This document shows, in pieces, positions 1 to 8,827 of a DNA stretch of 64,000 bases. A model generated the notes under the pieces. It was given only the letters and a program-made list of their open reading frames with translations. It had not been told where the DNA came from and did not search any database. Positions within the stretch are counted from its first letter, which is position 1, and every line of letters starts with the position of its first letter. A program made the translations under genes and the position numbers. The DNA lies in contig CAWDYW010000001.1 in assembly GCA_963806855.1 (NCBI GenBank), forward strand, positions 192,001 to 256,000. Reading direction: 5' to 3'. Source of the stretch: an uncultured Verrucomicrobiae bacterium. Its GTDB lineage: Bacteria; Chlamydiota; Chlamydiia; Chlamydiales; Rhabdochlamydiaceae.

Positions 1-35
1 GCACCAGAAAAAAACTGTGATATATAGGTCATTTC

Positions 36-167
36 ATGAAAGAAAAACAAAGCAAAAAACCAGGTCAACAACCTCAGCAACCACAAAAATCATGGGGGCA
101 GCAACCACAGCAGCCACAAAAGCCTCCAATGGGACAACCAAAAAAACAGGATCCAAAAAAGAAGTAA
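36..167 (+). CDS. small Lys/Gln/Pro-rich peptide (43 aa)
   Basis: ATG at 36 reads MKEKQSKKPGQQPQQPQKSWGQQPQQPQKPPMGQPKKQDPKKK to TAA at 165-167. A terminator follows. It is below the ORF-track size cutoff. Confidence 0.5.
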   Translation: MKEKQSKKPGQQPQQPQKSWGQQPQQPQKPPMGQPKKQDPKKK

Positions 168-189
168 TTTGGTGAAATTTACGAAATTG

Positions 190-220
190 AAAAAGGCATG
201 TCCGACGACATGCCTTTTTT
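190..220. terminator. bidirectional intrinsic terminator
   Basis: AAAAAGGCATGTC-CGAC-GACATGCCTTTTTT between convergent ORFs. Confidence 0.85.
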
Positions 221-255
221 ATTGAGGTTATTGCGCTTTGGGGCCGTTGCCGTTT

Positions 256-621
256 TTAAGCCTCTAACGCTTTCATCATGCTTTTGCCGCCATGAAGACC
301 GACCATCAGGAAGATGACGGGAGCGAGGAAAATGGCAACGATGAGAGCGAGTAAACCGATGATCAGTTGGACGGCTCCTTCTTTAGAGGTGATCATAGCG
401 GATACCTTGTGATGGAATTGACTGATCTTCTCGGCCAGCATCGATCCGACAATCGCTCCAATCCCTGCGAAGAAAATGCTCAATTCCGCACCCCAAAATA
501 CCAGTGAGAAGATTGTCGCCAATACAAAAAGGGCGCAAAAGAAGATCTCATACCGGTAACCTCTTGCATAACCTTCAATCTCTTTGACAGTTACGCCTTC
601 TTTTTTACTTTTGTCATTCAT
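256..621 (-). CDS. hypothetical membrane protein
   Basis: 121-aa ORF with two hydrophobic hairpins; GGAGA RBS upstream; ends near a terminator. Confidence 0.75.
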   Translation of the reverse strand: MNDKSKKEGVTVKEIEGYARGYRYEIFFCALFVLATIFSLVFWGAELSIFFAGIGAIVGSMLAEKISQFHHKVSAMITSKEGAVQLIIGLLALIVAIFLAPVIFLMVGLHGGKSMMKALEA

Positions 622-720
622 AACATCTCCATTTGATAAATCTTGTTCGTTTAACCCTAATCTAATTATTCAAGATAATTTTATCAACTCAATTTGTTGG
701 ATTTTTTCCTCTGATCGTCT

Positions 721-1872
721 ATGATGGGGTCGCTTATGTTGATTGCATTCCGATCTCGTATCGTTCTTAACCACATGTTTGCTATCGCGAAATGGTCGAT
801 CGGCTCCATGACTGTGGCTCTGCTGATCTATTTTGCCATTTCGATGTTTCGTGCAAAGTCGATTGAGGCAGTTGCCCCTACAATTCAGTCAGTTGCAGCT
901 GTTGATGTAGAGAAAATGCTCACCGGGCCTCTTGGGTTATATGAAAATAAACGCTCTGCTCTGGCGTTGGCATTAGAACAAAACCTGATCCTCCTTGTAC
1001 AGAATGTCCGACCTGATCTGGGCCTTGGGGAGAGGATTTTTTCGATCGGCTTCAAAGGCTCTGAAGAGCAAAGAGTTATAAAGGAAAATGAGTCGATCCA
1101 GTTCACTTGGAATGAAGAAAAGGTGGAGCTGGTGCCTCATCTAATCAAGGGAGATAGAGTCCTTCTCAAGCTAGGAGAAGAAGAACTCTTCCTGCAGGAA
1201 AACCCGAAGGGCATGGACAATTTTGACCAGTTTCAGGCAAAGTGGTGGGGGAGCGATCTCTTTTTCCGGGAGTATGGGGGTGCTGAGTACCGAGAGTTAG
1301 GAGAAAAATACAAGGTGGAACTGACCGATGGGAATGTGCGCTATTTTGTCTATGTACAACCCCATGATACTCTCACCTTAAAGGAAGGGCGCTGGAGCGT
1401 AGGCGAGGCCGATCGATCTGCCCCCCTGGCTGTGGTGAACGAGGTTTCCGACAGCGAGTTAGAGATGGAGGCGTGGGATGAGAGTGGAGCCTCCCTCTTT
1501 CAGACCAAGGTGCCGCTTCAAAAACATCAACCAATCCGCTTTGCACCCGACCAGGTGATTGCCGATCCGAAATTGCGCAGTGGCAGTCAGGTTTCTTGCA
1601 AGATCGGGAAAAAGCGAGTGGTTTTAAAGCCAAATGATTGGGTAATAAAGACACAAACTGGGTGGCGTAAGTTGATCACAATTAACGAAATCGAATCCTA
1701 CTTAAACAATGAGCTGCTCGAGGAGCTCTTTGTTGTCGATTCGATCGAACAGGGTGGGCAAATTCGAGGACGCCATTTTGATGCGCTCCGGACGCAGATG
1801 AAACCGTTTACAATTCAAGCAGCCTCTGCGAAAGTAAAATCGACTAAGAAAAGGACTTCGACCGCAAAGTGA
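721..1872 (+). CDS. T2SS-associated bitopic membrane protein (GspC-position)
   Basis: 383 aa with an N-terminal TM segment. It lies directly upstream of gspD, as in chlamydial T2SS loci. Start codon uncertain. Confidence 0.65.
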   Translation: MMGSLMLIAFRSRIVLNHMFAIAKWSIGSMTVALLIYFAISMFRAKSIEAVAPTIQSVAAVDVEKMLTGPLGLYENKRSALALALEQNLILLVQNVRPDLGLGERIFSIGFKGSEEQRVIKENESIQFTWNEEKVELVPHLIKGDRVLLKLGEEELFLQENPKGMDNFDQFQAKWWGSDLFFREYGGAEYRELGEKYKVELTDGNVRYFVYVQPHDTLTLKEGRWSVGEADRSAPLAVVNEVSDSELEMEAWDESGASLFQTKVPLQKHQPIRFAPDQVIADPKLRSGSQVSCKIGKKRVVLKPNDWVIKTQTGWRKLITINEIESYLNNELLEELFVVDSIEQGGQIRGRHFDALRTQMKPFTIQAASAKVKSTKKRTSTAK

Positions 1873-4217
1873 TGAAACAAATTACTCCAGCTATTATACT
1901 TTGATAATGACCTCTCTTTTTGCTCAGACGATTGAGGAGAAGAAGGCAACTTGTGTCCAAGTGGTGGGTGAGCAGGCTCCACTTCAAGTGACGCAAGTGA
2001 ATCAAAAGCTGGCAGAATTAAGAGCGAAACTAAACGAGCAGATGGGCGCTGCGGCTAAGTTGCATGACTCTGGCGGTCAAGATGAAGAATATCAGGTCCT
2101 TTTGCAAGCCGTACAAACGGTGAAAGGGGAAATGATCGCCCTTCAAGAGCGATGGCGCCAATCGTCGACCTTGCAGACCAAGCGTGAAGAAGAGGGGTAT
2201 GCCCTTTGGGATCAGGAGGAGACTTCGCTGGCCTCTTTGGTGATGGAGTATGGGGCTTCAGAATATCTCTACATTGTGCCGCCCGAGATGACGGGGATGA
2301 AGGTGACGATGCACTCCAATCTCCCCATTCCGAGGGAATCTTGGGGCGATATGCTCGAGATTATCTTGGCTCAGAATGGTGTGGGAGTCAAACAGGTCAA
2401 TCCTTATACGCGTCAGCTCTTCATTTTCAAGCAGGACCCCTCTGCGGTGACGGCGATCGCCTCCTCGCCCGAGGATATTCAGTTTATTCAGGATCATCGG
2501 CGCATTTTCTATGTCTTTTCGCCACCTGTAGAGCAAATCAAAACGGCCTTTCAATTCTTTGAGCGGTTCTCCGATCCTAAGATGACCTTTGTCTACAACA
2601 TTGGAGGAAAAATCGCTCTGGTGTCGACCAAGGATGAGATCGAGAAGCTGATCCAACTCTACAATACGGTTTGGAAGGATCCACAGGGAAAAATCTCGAA
2701 AGTGGTGCCGATCTCCAAGATGAGCGTCAAGGAGATGGAGAAGATTCTTCAGGCGTTTTTCAATGAGGCGATTGAAAAATTCCAACGGGTTCCCTTGGGG
2801 AAATTTGATAATGAAGGGCTTTCGATCATCACTCCGACGCAGGGCAATTCTCTCATTCTGATGGGGCGTCGAGAAGTGGTTGAGCGGGCTGAAAAGCTGG
2901 TGGCGGATACCGAAAATCAGCTTCAAGACCCTGCTGAGATGACGATTTTCATCTACAACTGCAGGCACAGCGACCCAAATGATCTCGCCAAGGTGCTCGA
3001 CAAAGTCTACTACTCGATTTTCCATGCTATCCCTGATTCACGCGAGAATCTCGATGTCAATTTCACAGCGCGAGGAGCGGCTCTGCAAGCTGCACCCGAT
3101 GGGTATGCTCAAGCACCTGGGCTGACAGTGCCGCCGCAACGATTCAAGCCGGAGATCGATTCAAAACTTGAAGTGGATCAGAATATTGAGCATTTCATTC
3201 CCGATGTCAAAACAGGCAATCTCTTGATGGTGGTAAGGCGCGATGTGCTTCCTCGCATTAAAGATCTGCTTCGTCAGCTCGATGTGCCTAAAAAGATGGT
3301 TCAAATCGAGGTGCTCCTTTTTGAGAAAAAGCTCAACAGTCAGACCAACTATGGGCTAAACCTCTTAAAGCTCGGCAACCCCCACAATGGAGCGCGCTAT
3401 GACGGACCAAAGCCCCCTGCCGCCAAATGGACTCAATGCGCCGGTGGGCAACGGGGTGCTGGCCTTCCTTTTCTCTGGCGCTAAGTCGAAATATTTCCCC
3501 GCCTTTGATCTCGCCTATAGCTTCTTGATGACGCAAGAGGATGTTCAGCTCAACGCCGCCCCTTCGGTGATCACGGTCAACCAGACCCCTGCGACCATCT
3601 CGATCATGGAGGAGATCTCGCTTAACAACGGAGCCGCGCCGATCGATACCAACAAAGGGATTGCCTTTGAGAAGTCATTCACGCGGGCCCAGTACGGGAT
3701 TAACATCATTCTAACGCCGATTATCCATCTTGCAGACGAGTGCGATGAAGATAGTGAAGAGGCTGGATTTGTCACGTTGCAGACCAATATTACCTTTGAC
3801 ACAACCAAGCCCCATATTGACGGCCGCCCGGACGTCGAAAAACGGCACATTGAAAACGAGGTCCGCGTCTTGGATGGTCAGACGGTGATTCTCGGGGGCC
3901 TGCGCCGCAAATCGATGCGCGATCGAACCCAAAAAGTCCCCTTCTTGGGAGAGATTCCCGGAATTGGAAAACTGTTTGGTTCAACTGAGTTGACCGATGA
4001 CAACACCGAAATGTTCTTCTTCATCACTCCTAGAATCATTACCGATCCGAAAGAAGAGCTCCTCTATTTGCGTTGTCTAGATCTAGAAAAGCGTCCTGGA
4101 GATATCCCCGAATTCCTCTGTCGTCTGGTCACAGCGCGCGAATGTGAAAAGAAAAGATTATTTTCAAGCAGCATAAGGGCATTCTTTGGTGAAAAACAAC
4201 AATACTACTATGACTGA
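1872..4217 (+). CDS. gspD: type II secretion secretin GspD (two apparent indels, ~1900 and ~3410)
   Basis: Secretin motifs LDVPKKMVQIEV, VLDGQTVILGGL, KVPFLGEIPGIGKLF and EMFFFITPRII, split over ORFs 1901-3484 and 3387-4217. The signal peptide MKQITPAIIL from ATG 1872 is one base out of frame. Confidence 0.9.
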
Positions 4218-5754
4218 GTTAGCCAATTTTGGACTACAGGTGGTGGAAGAGCTTTTCCAATACCCCTACGTCAAAAATCGGGAGCAAATTATCCCCTATG
4301 AATTTGCCAAATCCCATCTCGTTCTCCCTTTAGAATGCAAAGACGGAATCCTCCACGTCGCCATCGCGGATCCTCTCGCTTTAGAGGTACTTGAGGAGGT
4401 GCGGCTGCTGACAGGAAAAGAGGTGCGCGATGTTCTGGCCTCGCGAGAGATGCTCGAAGCGGCAATTGAGCAGTGTTATCATCAGACCGAAGAGGCTACC
4501 TCACAGTTATTCACTAGTTTGAACGAAAACGCAGCGCGCAATCAAATTGAAGATGATGGCGAAGGGTATGATCTGCTCGGCCAAAAGAGCAGCGATTCCC
4601 CTGTCATCCGCATGCTCAATGCGATTTTGCTCGAGGCGATCCAACAGGGGGCATCCGATATCCACTTTGAGCCGCTCGAATCCAGCCTATCGGTCCGGTA
4701 TCGGATCGATGGCGTTTTGCAGCTGCGCCACATCCCTTCTAAAGAATACCAATCTCAGCTGCTCGCCCGCATCAAAGTGATGTCTCGGCTCGATATTGCC
4801 GAGCAGCGGCTGCCGCAGGATGGACGAATCAAGCTTCGGCTCGGGGCCCGTCAGATCGATTTTCGAGTGAGCACGATCCCCGTTGTCTACGGCGAGCGGA
4901 TTGTCCTCCGTATTCTCGACAAGAGCAATATCATGCTCGGCCTCAATAAAATCGGGATGCGTCCGGCGATCTTAGAGAAATTTAAAAACCTGATCAGCCT
5001 CAGCGAAGGGATTGTCCTTGTGACCGGACCGACTGGAAGCGGGAAAACCACCACCCTGTATAGCGCGCTGGCCGAAATCAATTCCTCCCACACCAACATC
5101 ATGACCATCGAGGATCCTGTCGAGTACAAACTGCAGGCCATGGCTCAGATCGCCGTCAATCCGAAGATCAACCTCACCTTCTCGACAGGCTTGCGCCACA
5201 TTCTGAGGCAAGACCCCGATGTGATCATGATCGGGGAGATTCGCGACCGGGAAACCGCTGAAATTGCGATTCAGGCAGCCCTCACCGGACACCTTGTGCT
5301 GACGACACTCCACACCAACGATGCCCCCTCAGCCCTCACCCGCCTCGTCGATATGGGGATCGAACCCTACCTCCTCTCCTCATCGGTGATCGGAGTGCTT
5401 GCGCAGCGGCTTGTTCGGCAAATTTGCCCCAAATGCAAGACCGGCTACCAACCGACCGAAGTCGAGCTGCAAAATTTAAGGATAGACGATCCTATCGATA
5501 CCCTCTACTACGGCAAAGGGTGCCCCGATTGCTACGAGACCGGATATAAGGGGCGGCTCGGGATCTACGAATTGATGGGGATGAGCGGCCCTCTGCGGCG
5601 CAAATTGGTCGAAACGGCCGATAGCTCCTCGCTGCAGAAAGTGGCGCTGGACGAAGGGATGACGACCTTGCGGCAAGATGGAGGGGTCCTTGTGGCTCAA
5701 GGTCTTACCACTACTGCCGAAGTGCTCCGCGTCACCCGGGGTTGCGAGGAATAG
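4210..5754 (+). CDS. gspE: type II secretion ATPase GspE
   Basis: Walker A GPTGSGKTT, IEDPVEY, LRQDPDVIMIGEIRD, His box LHTND, CxxC...CxxC. Confidence 0.95.
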   Translation: MTELANFGLQVVEELFQYPYVKNREQIIPYEFAKSHLVLPLECKDGILHVAIADPLALEVLEEVRLLTGKEVRDVLASREMLEAAIEQCYHQTEEATSQLFTSLNENAARNQIEDDGEGYDLLGQKSSDSPVIRMLNAILLEAIQQGASDIHFEPLESSLSVRYRIDGVLQLRHIPSKEYQSQLLARIKVMSRLDIAEQRLPQDGRIKLRLGARQIDFRVSTIPVVYGERIVLRILDKSNIMLGLNKIGMRPAILEKFKNLISLSEGIVLVTGPTGSGKTTTLYSALAEINSSHTNIMTIEDPVEYKLQAMAQIAVNPKINLTFSTGLRHILRQDPDVIMIGEIRDRETAEIAIQAALTGHLVLTTLHTNDAPSALTRLVDMGIEPYLLSSSVIGVLAQRLVRQICPKCKTGYQPTEVELQNLRIDDPIDTLYYGKGCPDCYETGYKGRLGIYELMGMSGPLRRKLVETADSSSLQKVALDEGMTTLRQDGGVLVAQGLTTTAEVLRVTRGCEE

Positions 5755-5757
5755 ACC

Positions 5758-6943
5758 ATGCCGATTTTTCGCTATCGAGCACTCACCGAGACAGGGACAA
5801 AAGTGAGCGGTGTGATCGATGCCGATTCTTTCGAGCTTGCCAAAGAGAGACTCAGACGGGAAAAAGTGCTCGTCACCAAATTGAGCCTGCTCGAAAATAA
5901 AAAAGAGATCTCCCTTAATTCCTCCATGTTGCTCGCTTTTACCCGCGAACTGTCCCAGCTGCTCGGCTCGGGGCTCCCTCTCTATGAAAGCCTTTTGACC
6001 ATTGAGGAAAAATATCGGCGTCACCGGACCCATCCCCTCTTCCTCGATCTGTGCGATAAGCTCAAAAGCGGCCATCAACTTTCAACCATCTTGAAAGGCT
6101 ATCCCAAATCGTTCGATGCGATCTACATCACATTGGCCGAAGCGGGGGAGAGAACCGGCGCTTTGGCGTGGTCGTTCAAGCAACTCTACGAGCTGACAGA
6201 GCGTCGGCAAAGACTCAAAAAAAAGCTCATCAGCGCCATGGCCTATCCTGCCTTCCTAGGAGCCTTTTGTTTCCTCATCGTCATCGGACTGCTTCGTCTT
6301 CATCATCCCCTCAATGAGCGAGCTCTTCGAGGGACGGGCCCTTCACCCCCTCACCCAGATCGTCCTCGCCATGAGCCGCGGGCTGCAAAAATCTTACCTG
6401 CCTCTTATCTTACTGCTGGGCGGCCTTGTAGTGAGCTTGACCTATTTTTTCAAACGGCCCCAAGGGCGCATCCTCTTTCAGCAGGTTCTTCAGAAAATTC
6501 CGCTGATGAAAACCATCCTTAACCAGGCCGCCCTCATCCGCTTTTGCCGCAGCACCTCGATCCTCCTCTTTGGAGGGGTGCCGCTCGTCACAGCTCTGGA
6601 AATTGCCCGCAAAGTGATGAAACATGCCCTGCTTGAAGAGGCGATCGAAGAGGCCCAAAAAAAAATTACCGAGGGGAAATCGCTCAGCCAGGAGCTGAAA
6701 AAATCTAACCACATCCCCTCCCTAGTGACCCGGATGCTGGCGATTGCCGAGGAGACCGGCAAGATGCCCGAGATGCTTGAGAGCCTCTCCGATATTTACG
6801 ATCAAGAACTGGAGCGGAGCTTAGGCTATATTACCACCTTTCTGCAGCCGGCCCTCCTAATTATTCTTGGCGGAATTGTCGGTTTAGTCGTATTATCTAT
6901 CCTTTTACCGCTCACCGATGTGAGCTCATTAATTTCTAACTAA
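5758..6943 (+). CDS. gspF: type II secretion platform protein GspF (apparent indel ~6290)
   Basis: MPIFRYRAL start, two T2SSF domains (AGERTGAL, AMAYP; AEETGKM, LQPALL), split over two frames. Confidence 0.9.
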
Positions 6944-6952
6944 AGAGAAGCT

Positions 6953-7302
6953 ATGCAAAAGAAACGGACCTTCACCCTTCTGGAAATCATGATCGTGATT
7001 TTTTTAATCGGCCTGATCGGAGGCATCGTCAGCTATAGCATGAAAGGGAGCCTAGAAGAGGGAAAAGCCTTTAAAACCGAACAGGCGATCATGCGGGTTG
7101 TAGATCTATTGAGCTAGAGCAAGCACGGGGAACACGCACAAGAAATCAATGGAAAGCTCACAGGAACCTTCTCAAGGCCCAAGGGGTTGTTAAAAATCTG
7201 AAGAGTATACTGAAGGATGGATGGGGGAAAGTCGACTCCATGATGAGCGTTAAAAATAATGGAGAGGTCGAAATGACGTCGGCAGGACTTAAACAACTAT
7301 AA
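6953..7302 (+). CDS. gspG: major pseudopilin GspG-like (indel ~7110; 3' end uncertain)
   Basis: MQKKRTFTLLEIMIVIFLIGLIGGIV prepilin N-methyl motif; a DGWG motif lies downstream in a shifted frame. Confidence 0.75.
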
Positions 7303-7329
7303 AGTCTAAAAAAGCACAAGAGAGAGACA

Positions 7330-7808
7330 ATGCAGTTCCTCAAGCAATCCCTGAACGCGTAGAGCATTTACCCTACTGGAGATCGTCATTTGCATGGCCA
7401 TTTTGGGAATGGCAGCGGTCGGCATTGGCTGGCAGATGAAAGGGATGCTGGCGATCCACAATTTTGATAAAAATATTAGCAATTTTTTTGCCGATTTGCG
7501 CAAAGCACAGCTCGTTGCACTCTCTGACCGGGTCGATATCGATTTGAATATCACAAAGCGAAGGGGACCTATACGAATACTCCTTCCATTCAGATGATCC
7601 GCTCCTCTGCTTCATCGCAAAACCGACCAAATTGACCGGCATCAAAGAGATCAAAAGCGAAAAAAAAAAGTTAGAAAATTTGCACTTGCATCTCTATCCC
7701 TCGGGCAGGGTTGGGCCGGAGCAGAAAATCACCTTTCTTCAGACAGAAGAACATGGGGTAATACTGGACTTAAGCCAGCCCCTTTGTATAGAATTGAAGA
7801 GAATGTAA
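7330..7808 (+). CDS. minor pseudopilin (indels ~7360 and ~7580)
   Basis: RAFTLLEIVICMAILGMAAV prepilin motif; continues in another frame with LYPSG to TAA 7806-7808. Confidence 0.65.
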
Positions 7809-7822
7809 CACAGGAGAAACCG

Positions 7823-8284
7823 ATGCGCATTACGAGCCCCAAATTCAAGCAAGGGGAGCCGATTCCCTCGATCTACACTTGCGAAGGGTATGACTGGAAT
7901 CCCCCTGTCGATTTTCACGAGGTTCCCAAAGAGGCAAAGAGCCTTGTCCTGATCATGACCGATCCCGATGTGCCCACCAACATTCGCCCCGATGGCCTCT
8001 GGGTCCATTGGATCGTCTATGAAATTCCTCCGCATAGCAAAGGGATCCCTGAGCACTCTCGTCCTCCTGGCACCCACGGCCGCGGAACCAATATGCGAAC
8101 CGCCTACATGGGCCCCTGCCCACCCGACCGGGAACACCGCTATTTCTTTACCCTCTATGCCCTCGATTTCATGCCCGAGTGGGAAAAAGGGCTCAACAAA
8201 GAAGAAGTAGAGAAGAAAATGGAAGGCCACATCATTGCCAAGGCGGAATTGATGGGGACTTATAAATTGAAGAAAACATCTTGA
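7823..8284 (+). CDS. YbhB/YbcL family (PEBP / Raf kinase inhibitor-like) protein
   Basis: Motifs DPDVP, WVHW, YMGPCPP, HRYFFTLYALD. Confidence 0.92.
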   Translation: MRITSPKFKQGEPIPSIYTCEGYDWNPPVDFHEVPKEAKSLVLIMTDPDVPTNIRPDGLWVHWIVYEIPPHSKGIPEHSRPPGTHGRGTNMRTAYMGPCPPDREHRYFFTLYALDFMPEWEKGLNKEEVEKKMEGHIIAKAELMGTYKLKKTS

Positions 8285-8326
8285 CGATCAATCTATTGAC
8301 ATCTTAAGGTGCAATTGGAGGTAATT

Positions 8327-8704
8327 ATGGATTCTGCTGTAATGCTCGCCAAAGTATTTGGCCCCTGTTTAGCAATTATCGGATTATGGATGCTCCTTTA
8401 TACCGATAATTTATTAAAAATACTGACTGCGATGAAAAGTTCGCCCGCTGCATTTTACAATAGCGCGGTGTTGAATCTTGTGGTCGGCCTATTCATTATC
8501 ACTAGCTATAATGGCTGGAGAATGGATATCTTTTTCTTCGTCACCTTGCTCGGATGGGTGCTGTTCATTCGAGGGTTGCTTGGGTTCTTTTTGCCACAGG
8601 TAATCATCAAACTTTATTTTGATAAAAATCCCTGGACCAAATTCATGGGGATCGTCCCTTTAGTATGGGGCCTCATCCTCATTTGGGCCGGCTTCTATAG
8701 ATAA
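8327..8704 (+). CDS. hypothetical 4-TM membrane protein
   Basis: Hydrophobic ORF with GGAGG RBS before ATG 8327. Confidence 0.75.
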   Translation: MDSAVMLAKVFGPCLAIIGLWMLLYTDNLLKILTAMKSSPAAFYNSAVLNLVVGLFIITSYNGWRMDIFFFVTLLGWVLFIRGLLGFFLPQVIIKLYFDKNPWTKFMGIVPLVWGLILIWAGFYR

Positions 8705-8708
8705 TTAG

Positions 8709-8735
8709 AAAGGCGCAATTTTTTTATGCGCCTTT
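8709..8735. terminator. hairpin, probable terminator
   Basis: AAAGGCGCA-N9-TGCGCCTTT. Confidence 0.6.
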
Positions 8736-8827
8736 GTGTTGAACTTTATCCCCCAGCCATCAATCTCTAGCCTTTATTTTTCCTTTCAAGTATTCTCTAG
8801 AACGAGTTTCCATAGAGGAGAATACGT

